This document shows positions 28,817 to 37,615 of a stretch of 64,000 nt of DNA, one piece after another. The stretch is from Lysobacterales bacterium. Lineage in GTDB: Bacteria; Pseudomonadota; Gammaproteobacteria; Xanthomonadales; SZUA-5. The notes under the pieces are model-generated. The model saw only the letters and a list, made by a program, of their open reading frames with translations. It did no database searches and had not been told where the DNA came from. The translations under genes were made by a program, and so were the position numbers. Numbering within the stretch: position 1 is the first letter of the stretch; each line of letters opens with the position of its first letter. The stretch covers positions 20,740 through 84,739 of the forward strand of contig JALHMH010000019.1 in the NCBI GenBank assembly GCA_022844165.1. Direction: 5' to 3'.

Positions 28817-29923
28817 TCAGCCCAGCCAGCGCCGCAATTGCGTTCGACGGACAAGGACCTCGTAGCTGAAAAAACAAATCGCCAGCGTGGCGGCCACGCT
28901 GATGGCCAGTTTGGTCAACCAGCCGAACGCTTGATCCATCAGCCCGTACTGGATCACGAACAGCACGGGCAGATGCACCAGATACGTCCAGTACGAACCG
29001 GCCGCGAGATAGCGCAGCCATGGATGCTGGACATTGAGGAATCGCTGCCCGGCAATCCACAAGTGAAGCGTCATCCATAAGCTGATGAATGCGCCCAGGA
29101 CCGCAAGTTGCCAGGGCGCTGCCAGATCGCCCGGATCTGGCGGGAGCCGCCGCAATCCATAAAGCCAGGCGATGTACAACAACATGCTGCTGATGGCTAA
29201 CCCTGGCGACCATCGGCGAAGCGCATCCAGCAGCTGTGGCTGCCGCCGCAACGTGGTTCCCAATGCGAAAAAGAAACCGAAGAACCCGATCGCCCAGAAT
29301 TGCGGCAAGAAACTCTCAGGTGCGGGATGAGGCGCTGTCACCGATAGCAGCGACGGGACCAGTAGCAGCGGCGCTATCAGCCACGTCCACAACGGCAACT
29401 GCGATTGCAGACGTTTTCTGGTGGCAAAAACGCTGCCCAGCGCCCACTGCAGAATGTAAAACCACATCAGGTAGTACAAAAACCACAAATGGCTGGTGCC
29501 CGGAGGCAACTGCGGCGGATCTGCCATCGTCGACCACTCGCGAACGATTTTCAGAACCGCCGAAGGATGTTCCACATTTGCCGCCGCCCACTCGGTGCTC
29601 CAGGTCAGACTCAGGATCACTGGCAGCCAGAGCACGACGAACGGCAGCAGCACGCGTTGCACGCGATTGGCAAACATCCCACCCATACCGCGCTGCTCGA
29701 TCAACATTGCACTGAAGTAGCCGGCGATCATGAAAAACAGCGGCATGCGAAAAAAATGCAGGAACCACGCAAAGACGTCGGCGACGGCGGATGTCGACCG
29801 ATCGGCCAGTGGCCAGAACGGTTGCATCAGAGGGCTGTAAGCCAATGCGGCATGGAACAGCACACCTGCCAGCATCGCCAGCGCGCGCAGGTTGTCGAGG
29901 TAGTGCAGGCGTTCGATGGCCAT
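28817..29923 (-). CDS. Acyltransferase family 3 protein (MdoC/OpgC-like)
   Basis: RLHYLDNLRA, HFFRMPLFFMIAGYF, HLWFLYYL, SYWTYLVHLP; multiple TMs. Confidence 0.88.
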   Translation of the reverse strand: MAIERLHYLDNLRALAMLAGVLFHAALAYSPLMQPFWPLADRSTSAVADVFAWFLHFFRMPLFFMIAGYFSAMLIEQRGMGGMFANRVQRVLLPFVVLWLPVILSLTWSTEWAAANVEHPSAVLKIVREWSTMADPPQLPPGTSHLWFLYYLMWFYILQWALGSVFATRKRLQSQLPLWTWLIAPLLLVPSLLSVTAPHPAPESFLPQFWAIGFFGFFFALGTTLRRQPQLLDALRRWSPGLAISSMLLYIAWLYGLRRLPPDPGDLAAPWQLAVLGAFISLWMTLHLWIAGQRFLNVQHPWLRYLAAGSYWTYLVHLPVLFVIQYGLMDQAFGWLTKLAISVAATLAICFFSYEVLVRRTQLRRWLG

Positions 29924-29999
29924 AGGTCAATCGCCCGATGCGTCGTCAGGTCGTAGAGATTGATTCGAATTCGCCGGGCCCACGCACGCCGGGCGCCGC

Positions 30000-30680
30000 T
30001 CAATAGAAGGCAACTTTTCGGCAGTGTACCCAACCCGTCCCAACAAGCAGCAACAGGCTCACGACAACTTGTGTTGTCAGAATGACGATTGCCGCCGAAC
30101 TGAAGATAATCGCTTCGCCCCGGATCACGCCGTGAATGGACTCGATCTGGGATAGACCCATCATGAACGGATTGATCATGACCATGCTGGCGATCATCAC
30201 AAAGATGTTCCAACCTTCGGATTCCACGGCCATCGCTACGCTGAGCGCTACACAGTAAGCGAGCAAAATATGGCCAAAGATCAGCAACGAATAGACCACC
30301 AGACCATCGGGCAATGGCGTGAGCAAAATGGCCGCGAGCGTGCCGATCAAAATGACTAAAAACGGCACTGCGAAGGTCACCAGATTGCCGATCAGTTTAG
30401 CGAGGTAGTAGTCGAGCGGCGCTATGGGCAGGCTCATGACGAATGCCAGGTTGTGCTCCTTGCGTTCGTTGATCAATGAGGTCGATATCGCGAAGCAGGA
30501 CGTTGCGACGAGCACGATGATCAGCAACAGCGAGCCGATGTAAAACGACCAGGGTCTGGCCATGCCAAGTAAACACAAAGACAAGATGCCCGTGAGCACA
30601 TACGCGGCCATTTGCTTCTGGAACAACAACCAGTCCTTGGCGATCAGTCGTTTGATGACAGGAACATTGAGCGAATTCAT
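30000..30680 (-). CDS. ABC-2 type transporter permease
   Basis: LIAKDW, ERKEHNLAFVMSLPI...YYLAK, six hydrophobic segments; ATGA overlap with the ATPase. Confidence 0.82.
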   Translation of the reverse strand: MNSLNVPVIKRLIAKDWLLFQKQMAAYVLTGILSLCLLGMARPWSFYIGSLLLIIVLVATSCFAISTSLINERKEHNLAFVMSLPIAPLDYYLAKLIGNLVTFAVPFLVILIGTLAAILLTPLPDGLVVYSLLIFGHILLAYCVALSVAMAVESEGWNIFVMIASMVMINPFMMGLSQIESIHGVIRGEAIIFSSAAIVILTTQVVVSLLLLVGTGWVHCRKVAFY

Positions 30681-31552
30681 GCGGGTGCTCCAGCGCGTAC
30701 GGTGGTGACGAAAATGTCTTCCAGGCGCATCGGGTCGACGCTCTGCACCGTCAGTCCGTGCGCCGCCAGTCGCGCCGGCAACTCGCCACAAAAATCGCGC
30801 ACTTTGAGCTCGAGCACAGAACCATTACGTCGTGCCGCGGCGATCTCCGGCCACTCCGGTGTGTAGTCGCCGAAACAAACGATGCGCCGCCAGTCGTCGA
30901 GGAAACGCTCCTTGTCCTGTGAGGCGATCAGTCGGCCCTGGTGCAAAAAGCTGATCGAATCGGCGAGTTGTTCCACATCGTGCGTGTTGTGCGACGAAAA
31001 CAGTACGCTGCGCGTTTCATCGCGCAGTACATCGGAGAGCACTTCGAGCACCTCGCTGCGTGCGACGGGATCCAATCCGGTGGTTGGCTCATCCAGCAGC
31101 AACAAACGGGGTCGACGCGCAAAACACAACAGCAGCAGCGCTTTGACCCGTTGGCCATGCGAAAAGCCGCCGATCGACTGGTCGCTTTTCAAATCGAAGC
31201 GGCGCAACAGATCGCGCGCATAGTTTTCGTCCCAGCCTGGATAAATCGCCGCGATCAAATCCATGTGCCAGCGCAAAGTCTGGCTCTTGTAAAGGCGCAT
31301 GTCTTCGGAGGCGAATCCAGTATCGGCTTTGACCGCGACCTGATCCTCGGGCATGCGCAGTCCCAGAACCCGAACGTCTCCCCGATCGGCACGTACCAGG
31401 CCGGTCAGAATGCGTAGCAGCGTGGTTTTGCCAGCGCCATTCACTCCAACCAGTCCCATGATCTGGCCGTGTGGCAAGCTCAAACTGATGTCGCTTAGCG
31501 TGAACTGCGGGTACTGTTTGTGAATGCCTGTCAGGGCGAATGCCACAGTCAT
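30677..31552 (-). CDS. ABC transporter ATP-binding protein (YtrB-like)
   Basis: Walker A GVNGAGKTT, signature FSHGQ, LLLLDEPTTGLDP, SSH. Confidence 0.92.
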   Translation of the reverse strand: MTVAFALTGIHKQYPQFTLSDISLSLPHGQIMGLVGVNGAGKTTLLRILTGLVRADRGDVRVLGLRMPEDQVAVKADTGFASEDMRLYKSQTLRWHMDLIAAIYPGWDENYARDLLRRFDLKSDQSIGGFSHGQRVKALLLLCFARRPRLLLLDEPTTGLDPVARSEVLEVLSDVLRDETRSVLFSSHNTHDVEQLADSISFLHQGRLIASQDKERFLDDWRRIVCFGDYTPEWPEIAAARRNGSVLELKVRDFCGELPARLAAHGLTVQSVDPMRLEDIFVTTVRAGAPA

Positions 31553-31935
31553 GGCATGACTCCTTTGTCCGGGCCCGCGTCGAGCAGGCGTTGAATTTCG
31601 TGTGTATCGAGGCCCAGCTGGGCCGCGCAACCCAGGAATGCTTGCAAGTGCCGGTGCATCTCGGCGCGCAACAGCGCGCGGGGCAAGTCGTGCGAGGCAG
31701 CCACGAACGAGCCCTTGCCGTGGCGCGTGACGATGACGCCGGCATGCTCCAATTCGAGATAGGCGCGTTTGACTGTGATGACGCTGACATGACTGCTCGA
31801 CGCCAGTTCGCGGATCGATGGCAGTGGGTAACCCGCAGGCCAATCGCCCAGCATGACTTTGGTCGAAATCTGATCGACGATTTGCCGATACATCGGCCGG
31901 TTATCGTTTTCAGACAGGAAGAGGGCGTCGCTCAC
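31549..31935 (-). CDS. GntR family regulator, YtrA subfamily
   Basis: PMYRQIVDQI, LPSIRELA...VSVITVKRAYLELE, GKGSFV, short C-terminus; GTG start. Confidence 0.88.
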   Translation of the reverse strand: MSDALFLSENDNRPMYRQIVDQISTKVMLGDWPAGYPLPSIRELASSSHVSVITVKRAYLELEHAGVIVTRHGKGSFVAASHDLPRALLRAEMHRHLQAFLGCAAQLGLDTHEIQRLLDAGPDKGVMP

Positions 31936-31976
31936 TGTGCATTCTTTGTATATCTCATATGCACAGTATGCACAGT
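31934..31976. promoter_or_regulatory. Putative YtrA-type autoregulatory operator
   Basis: ACTGTGCAT (31934-31942) is inverted relative to tandem ATGCACAGT x2 (31959-31976); internal TGTATAT-CTC-ATATGCA. Confidence 0.55.
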
Positions 31977-32012
31977 CTACTTCCTGGCCGTCAAGCGGGT
32001 CCCTGGAAACCG

Positions 32013-32705
32013 TCAAACCAGCCGCAGGTGGCCGGCCGACACAGTCAATGTGTCTTCGTGGTTCTTGACGAGCAGGCGTCCCAGGCCGTCCACACCTTGC
32101 GCCGTTCCTTGAAAACGATCGTCCACTCGCACCGTGCGACCAAAGAGCGCATCGCGTGCAGGCCAAAGGTTGGCAAAAGGCGCAAAGCCGCCAAGATCGA
32201 ACAGCGGCAGGGCAGCTTCCAGGGCACGCAACACGTCGGTCAATGCGGCGTCGCGGTCTGTTGAGGCGACAACGTCTAATCCGCTGGCTGGTTGATCGAT
32301 GCCGGTTGGCGTCTTGAGATTAATCCCGAAACCGATCAGTGCGGTCGCAGGGCTGCCGATCAGTTCGATCAGAACGCCACCGAGTTTCTGATCATGGATG
32401 ACGAGATCGTTTGGCCACTTGACCAATACGCTCGGGTGCAAAGCCGTCGCTAACGTCATTCCAACGACGAGCGAAAGACCGCTCATTTGTCCGGCCGTGC
32501 GCGTGAACGGCCAGATCAACGTGCAGGCGATTGACCCGGCAGGAATCGTGTGCCATGTGCGGCCATGCGTGCCGCGCCCCGCGGTCTGGCGATCGGTCAC
32601 GATGGCGCGAGGTTCTCTGCCGTGCGTTTGCAAACGTGCATGGGCTAAGGTCTGTGTGGAATCCACTTCATCGAATCGCTCGATGATCACAGGAATGTGC
32701 TCCAT
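32013..32705 (-). CDS. birA: Biotin--[acetyl-CoA carboxylase] ligase without HTH
   Basis: VDSTQ, QTAGRGTHGRTW, KWPNDL, KLGGVLIE, GFGIN. Confidence 0.9.
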   Translation of the reverse strand: MEHIPVIIERFDEVDSTQTLAHARLQTHGREPRAIVTDRQTAGRGTHGRTWHTIPAGSIACTLIWPFTRTAGQMSGLSLVVGMTLATALHPSVLVKWPNDLVIHDQKLGGVLIELIGSPATALIGFGINLKTPTGIDQPASGLDVVASTDRDAALTDVLRALEAALPLFDLGGFAPFANLWPARDALFGRTVRVDDRFQGTAQGVDGLGRLLVKNHEDTLTVSAGHLRLV

Positions 32706-32806
32706 CTTGAACACGCAAAAGACGCAAGGTGGCCATCCAGGCCGTGTCGTACTCGCGAAAGTAATTCTTGGATCGACTTAGCGAACGCGGCTCTCGGTCG
32801 CCTGGA

Positions 32807-33439
32807 TCATCGCCAAAACAAGCGACCGATGACGCGTACGCGCTCAAAGCGATTCTCGTTGCCGTTGACAACTCGTACGATATTGCTGCGGTGTGTGTAG
32901 GTCAGAAGCAGGGCGGCGCTGATCGCAAGTGCCAGCAGCGTCGCGCTGTCGCCGGCAAGAAAAACCAATAGCGGAAAACAGAGCCCGGCAATGACGGTCG
33001 CCAATCCAACATAGCCAGAACTCATCAAGACCAAAACCCATATGGCCAACATGGCGAGAGCCAGCCAGGGCATGATCAGCGTAATGCCACCGATCAAAGT
33101 GCCGGCACCTTTGCCGCCGCGAAAGCCGTGGAAAACCGGATAACAGTGGCCGACCGCGGCCATGAATGCGCAAGCCAGCGCAATCTCTGCGGGCGCCATC
33201 ATTGGGGTGCCCAGCGGAAGTTGCGCGATCAGGCCTGCGGCAATCAGTCCTTTGCCCACATCGATCGCCATCGTGCCCAGCGCAAATGCCTTGCCTTGTG
33301 TTCGCAGGGCGTTGGTGGCCCCAGCATTACCACTGCCAGCAGTGCGGATATCAACCCCTCTGAGTTTGCCGATCACCAGACTGCCGACGATGCTGCCGAG
33401 CAGGTACGACAGCAACAATTTTGCGAGCAAATCGATCAC
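32807..33439 (-). CDS. plsY: Glycerol-3-phosphate acyltransferase PlsY
   Basis: SYLLGSI, DIRTAGSGNAGATNALR, DVGKG, GHCYPVF.GFRGGKG, HRSNI.R; GTG start overlaps the upstream stop. Confidence 0.94.
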   Translation of the reverse strand: MIDLLAKLLLSYLLGSIVGSLVIGKLRGVDIRTAGSGNAGATNALRTQGKAFALGTMAIDVGKGLIAAGLIAQLPLGTPMMAPAEIALACAFMAAVGHCYPVFHGFRGGKGAGTLIGGITLIMPWLALAMLAIWVLVLMSSGYVGLATVIAGLCFPLLVFLAGDSATLLALAISAALLLTYTHRSNIVRVVNGNENRFERVRVIGRLFWR

Positions 33440-35256
33440 ATTCGTTGTAATCCGACCACCAGCGATCCTGGGCCAGCGTGCACGCCAATCGCTGGCCCAG
33501 TTTCGACGACCCATAATTTTGTCAGGCCTGGCAAGCGTTCACGCAGCGCGCCGGCGAGCGCCGCGGCATCATTGCTGGCGTCGCAATGGCCAACGGTGGC
33601 GCGACAGGCGCAGCCCGGCGGGTTTTGGCGCGCAACAATGTCGGCAAAGCGTTCCACCAGATTCTTGGTTCCCATCAGCGCACGAAAGGGCTTGACGAAA
33701 CCGTTTTTGTTGGCGATCAGCACGGTCAATCCGAACCAGTCGGCAATACGTTTGGCCAGGGGCGGTAACCTGCCGCCGCGGACGCCGAAACTCAGATCAC
33801 GGATCAGTGCGAAAGTTCGCGTATCGGCCATCGCGCGCTCGACGACGCGTCGGACGCCGCTTTCGTCGGCGCCGATCAATGCAGCTTCCGCCGCGGCGAT
33901 TGCGATCAGCCCTTGGCCTGCAGATGCGTTGCGTGTGTCGATGACGTGGATGCGCGCCTTGGAAGTTTCGCGCGCGGCCGCGAGCGCCGCTTGGAATGTC
34001 CCAGAAAGTCGACTCGATAGCGATACCGAGACAATGTGTTCGGCGTGCGCCAGTACCAGATCATAGCTACGGCGAAAATCGCCCGGCGGCGGCTGAGATG
34101 TCCGAACCTTGTCTGCGCTTTGGCGCAGGCGCTGATACAACTCGCGAGGGCTCATCGTAACGCGATCGAGGAAATCGTCGTTACCGATGTTGATGCGCAC
34201 GGGCACCACCGTGATGCCCAGGCGCTCGGCTTCCGAGGAGGGCACGTCACCGGCAGAGTCCACGACGATTCGCACCTTCTGCGTGGGTGCGGCTCGGAGT
34301 CTCGATTGGGCTTGCATGTCGTCAGCTTTGCGTTGCGTGACTTCGCCGAGTTCCCCGAGCGCGGCGAACAGCGCGTTGGGCTGATCAATATGCGCATGCA
34401 CGCGAACGCGATCGCGACCACCGGCGACGACCATTGAATCCAGGGGTAGCGATGCCAGTGTGGCGCGAACTCGCTCCGGCGTGAGGGATGTTCCCCCAAC
34501 CATGCACTCGGTGCAGTATCGATACTGGCTGGCCGCTTCTACCGATTCGAGGTGAACAGAGGCATGCCCCTCTGCGAAGTCGCGCAAATCATCGTCCAGG
34601 CGCAGGGCACTTCGTCCGTGCTGGATGAAGTCCTCGACGCCCTCGAGAAAATCGACGAAACCGGCCGCACCGGCGTCGACCACGCCTGCAGCGCGCAGAA
34701 CCGGCAGCTGATTGGGCGTATTGGCCAAAGATTGGCGGGCGCGACCAAGGCTGGATCGAAACATGGCGGTGATATCGCGCACGCCGGCTTCGGATTGCGA
34801 CCGAAGTTCCGCTGCAAAATCGGTCATCACACTGAGCATCGTTCCTTCGCGAGGATCGGCGATGCAGCGCCGAGCCGATGCGGCCGCTTCGTTCGCAGCG
34901 CGCGCAATTTGCGTCGCACTCACATGAGTGCTGGCTACGCTCTCTGACAGACCTTGAAAAAACTGCGCCAAGATGGCGCCGGAGTTGCCGCGTGCGCCGT
35001 CAACAGCTTCTCTGGCAACGTGTTTCAAAACGGTCTCGACATTACCGCCACGTAATCTTTTCACAACCGAGAGAACCGATTGCATCGTGAACGCAAGGTT
35101 GGTGCCGGTATCGCCATCGGGAACCGGGAAGACATTGATGCGGTTCAGATGTTCTCGACGCTTCAACACGCGAGCTGCGCCAGCAATCAAGGCGCCTTTG
35201 AGCCGCGCACCGTTGAGCTGATCAAGATTGGCAGGAGAGAGGACTAAACTGGACAT
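33436..35256 (-). CDS. DAK2 (FakA-like)-DegV (FakB-like) fusion, putative fatty acid kinase
   Basis: N-terminal LNRINVFPVPDGDTGTN, GARGNSG, EGTMLSV, GVVDAG, YCTE, HAH; C-terminal DegV VDSAGD, TSQPPPGDF, LSGTFQ, GGRL, GVHAGPG. Confidence 0.88.
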   Translation of the reverse strand: MSSLVLSPANLDQLNGARLKGALIAGAARVLKRREHLNRINVFPVPDGDTGTNLAFTMQSVLSVVKRLRGGNVETVLKHVAREAVDGARGNSGAILAQFFQGLSESVASTHVSATQIARAANEAAASARRCIADPREGTMLSVMTDFAAELRSQSEAGVRDITAMFRSSLGRARQSLANTPNQLPVLRAAGVVDAGAAGFVDFLEGVEDFIQHGRSALRLDDDLRDFAEGHASVHLESVEAASQYRYCTECMVGGTSLTPERVRATLASLPLDSMVVAGGRDRVRVHAHIDQPNALFAALGELGEVTQRKADDMQAQSRLRAAPTQKVRIVVDSAGDVPSSEAERLGITVVPVRINIGNDDFLDRVTMSPRELYQRLRQSADKVRTSQPPPGDFRRSYDLVLAHAEHIVSVSLSSRLSGTFQAALAAARETSKARIHVIDTRNASAGQGLIAIAAAEAALIGADESGVRRVVERAMADTRTFALIRDLSFGVRGGRLPPLAKRIADWFGLTVLIANKNGFVKPFRALMGTKNLVERFADIVARQNPPGCACRATVGHCDASNDAAALAGALRERLPGLTKLWVVETGPAIGVHAGPGSLVVGLQRM

Positions 35257-35570
35257 GCGAACGGAGCATAGTCAACAGCGGCGCCGTTTGGTTGTTGCGC
35301 TGCAGCGAAATGCCAGGCGTGGCGTTGTCTGGCGTACGTTGAGGCGGGAATGCATGTCGCCATGTTTGTCATGCGCCCGGTGGCGAAACCTCAATTGAGT
35401 GTCCGTCTGCGGACAGGGCCGGACACAAGCGGACGATGCCTGGCTCGCAATAGCGCGTCTTCACGTCGGCTGGCAGTGCGATCGCTAGTCTCTGGACGTC
35501 GGGTGTGCGATCGTGTTGATGGCATGGAACATGCGTATCGTCAGTCAGGACTTGCCGGATGAATAGGGTC

Positions 35571-35759
35571 ATGAGAACGAAAAAGCGAGTGGCTTGGGCC
35601 TGCCTCGGCCTGTTAGCGGGTTTCGGGATTCTGGGATTGGCGCAACCAGAATCGTCGGAAGTCTCGATTGTGCCGTCCGTCGAGTTTGAGTTGCACGCTG
35701 GCGACGGCGAACCATTCGTATCGGGTTGGGATGGGTTGCTGCCGGGTTCACTCAAGTGA
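35571..35759 (+). CDS. Possible small secreted protein
   Basis: Signal-peptide-like start MRTKKRVAWACLGLLAGFGILGLAQ followed by a short acidic segment; no other ORF occupies this space. Confidence 0.35.
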   Translation: MRTKKRVAWACLGLLAGFGILGLAQPESSEVSIVPSVEFELHAGDGEPFVSGWDGLLPGSLK

Positions 35760-36008
35760 TTCGATGAGGTCGGCTTTCTGCAGGTCTGCCATCAGGCGGT
35801 TGAAGTCTTCGCTCACCACGGATGGTTCGGCTTCGTATCGATCCAGCACGGCGGCGATAGCCGCTTGTGCGCTGCCACCGGCCAGCAAAGATTGCAGCAT
35901 CAATGTGCCTGTGGCATTGAGATCGAAGTAGGTCCCTTTGCCCACGTCCAGCAGTACGGTCTCTCCCGAGATCACTTGGCAAACGACACCCGATTTGAGT
36001 TTGATCAT
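35748..36008 (-). CDS. PqqD-family RiPP recognition element (lasso B1/E protein)
   Basis: 86 aa; GETVLLD...GTYFDLNATG...RYEAEP.VV.ED...LMADL.KADLI. Confidence 0.9.
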   Translation of the reverse strand: MIKLKSGVVCQVISGETVLLDVGKGTYFDLNATGTLMLQSLLAGGSAQAAIAAVLDRYEAEPSVVSEDFNRLMADLQKADLIESLE

Positions 36009-36385
36009 TGCGAACTCGTGGCGAAGGGAACTTTTGTCAGTATCGCCAATCGCGCCAGGCGTTCGCCAGATTCATCCAACGCTTCACCACTGGCGACAAC
36101 CCAGGCGTGGGCCATCAATTGGCCAGAATCGCGTTCCGCCCCAAGGACCAGTTCACACGCAACACCACTTTCGCGAAGCAGAGATGCCAGTACCAATGAC
36201 TGGTGCAAGCAACGGCTGCCCGGCCAGAATCGGCCGATTCGATGCACCCGTCGCGCCAATCGTACCGGATCGAGCCGAGAATGTCGGCGTGGTCTTTCTT
36301 TCAGCGCAATGCAAGCCGCATCGAAACCCTTGGATCGCAACAGGCGATCGACAGCAAACATGCACCAGAGCACTTTGGCGTTCAT
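36005..36385 (-). CDS. Lasso peptide leader peptidase B2 (transglutaminase-like)
   Basis: SRCLHQSL (Cys) and LMAHAWV (His) motifs, 126 aa; ATGA overlaps on both sides. Confidence 0.88.
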   Translation of the reverse strand: MNAKVLWCMFAVDRLLRSKGFDAACIALKERPRRHSRLDPVRLARRVHRIGRFWPGSRCLHQSLVLASLLRESGVACELVLGAERDSGQLMAHAWVVASGEALDESGERLARLAILTKVPFATSSQ

Positions 36386-37125
36386 GCCAAAGCCGAGAGA
36401 ACCGATGCCGCAGCAGCCGTAGGGTCGTCGGGCATGTGCGGCGCAACGATGTTCAGGGCAGCAATCGAATTGGACTCGACCGCAGCGGCAACACCTGCGG
36501 CCAACGCCAGATGCGCCGCTAACGCCCGTGGCGAATACAGTCGCGAGGCAAGCGAATGTTGCAGTATCCAGCGACATACTTGACTCGGTGCGGCTGGTTC
36601 ACAACTCAAAGCACTGCCGCGGGTCAGGAGCGCCAGGCGTCTGATCGGCAAGCTCGGGCCACGGTACTGCTCCTCTTCCGACAACTTGAGCTGCCGAAAC
36701 TGAGGGTGGGCCTCGATCAGCTCAGCGCGCATTGCGACCGGCAGAACGTCATCGGCGATTCGCGCGCCCTCATTGGCCGCAAGGCGCGCGACTGTGGACT
36801 TACCAGCCCCGGATTCGCCGAGAATGGCACAGACGCCAAAATCGCAGGCAATCGCCGAGGCATGCAGGGCGAATACGGAGCGTTCTGCAAGCCACATCAT
36901 GCTCGCCGGTCCAAGCAGCACCTCGTCCCAACGATCGTCGTCATCGCAGCGTCGAGCGACTTCGATGCCCAAAGGTGTCACCGACAAAGCGCCGAATGCG
37001 CCGAGATCCAGGAATGCCGTCTCGCCATCCCACCGAAGTCGCCCGCTGACGGGTGTGTCGCGCAAAAGGCCTTCGACGCGCTGACAGGGGGAAACGTCGA
37101 ATGCCTCGCGCGTGGACAGCTGCAA
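36382..37125 (-). CDS. HPr-kinase-like P-loop kinase (putative lasso precursor kinase)
   Basis: LLGP...ALHASA, Walker A GESGAGKST, IADD. Start uncertain (TTG); the frame is open only to 37197. Confidence 0.8.
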   Translation of the reverse strand: MQLSTREAFDVSPCQRVEGLLRDTPVSGRLRWDGETAFLDLGAFGALSVTPLGIEVARRCDDDDRWDEVLLGPASMMWLAERSVFALHASAIACDFGVCAILGESGAGKSTVARLAANEGARIADDVLPVAMRAELIEAHPQFRQLKLSEEEQYRGPSLPIRRLALLTRGSALSCEPAAPSQVCRWILQHSLASRLYSPRALAAHLALAAGVAAAVESNSIAALNIVAPHMPDDPTAAAASVLSALA

Positions 37126-37264
37126 TTGAAACGAACAGGCGGGGAGGTAGCTCAGCGTGACCAGAGTCCTTGACGGAGTGGAATCGGGACAGATGACTCA
37201 AATTTCGACGAAGCAGCTTCGGCTCTTCAAGCTCTCTTGCATCAAGAGAGGGCGCCGCGTTCGG

Positions 37265-37332
37265 CGGGGCTTCGGCATGTACACTGCCGAGCGAAGCCAA
37301 CCGTGTTTGTCAGTCCGAGGCGAAGCCTCGCT
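37265..37332 (+). repeat. Dispersed intergenic repeat, copy B (diverged)
   Basis: GGCATGTAC...GCGAAGCCAAC...GTCCGAGGCGAAGCCTCGCT aligns to copy D; preceded by the hairpin CTCTCTTG-CAT-CAAGAGAG. Confidence 0.7.
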
Positions 37333-37338
37333 GGAGTT

Positions 37339-37509
37339 CTACCGACGTTGCGTCCGTGGGCTGCCCGAATCACCGGTTCCCAAAGAGCCGCCGAGTGTTA
37401 AGTCGCGAATGTCGCCCAGCACGCGCAGTTCTGGCGCGACGTAAGCAGCGCGATGCACCGGCACTTGCTGCGCGGAGCCTTGCGATTGACAAAAGTCGTT
37501 GAGGGTCAT
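37339..37509 (-). CDS. Lasso peptide precursor (56 aa; predicted core GGSLGTGDSGSPRTQRR)
   Basis: Leader motif YVAPELRVLG (YxxPxLxxxG), Thr at -2 (DLTL|G), core Gly1 with Asp8; AAGG RBS before ATG 37509; lies between cyclase and kinase. Confidence 0.88.
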   Translation of the reverse strand: MTLNDFCQSQGSAQQVPVHRAAYVAPELRVLGDIRDLTLGGSLGTGDSGSPRTQRR

Positions 37510-37543
37510 GCTGCGCCTTCGAATAACCGGATTCCCAATCTTC

Positions 37544-37572
37544 ATGTTAGTGATAGTCGGTTGACGATGCAA
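37544..37572 (-). promoter_or_regulatory. Sigma70-like promoter for the precursor gene
   Basis: TTGCAT (37572-37567), 17-nt spacer, TAACAT (37549-37544). Confidence 0.5.
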
Positions 37573-37615
37573 GCGCGGTACTTCTCGATATTCACTTGAA
37601 AAGCAACGATTTGCG

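Noticed and set aside
35748-36008. PQQ biosynthesis gene pqqD
   Set aside because: No pqqABCE nearby; context shows a lasso RRE.
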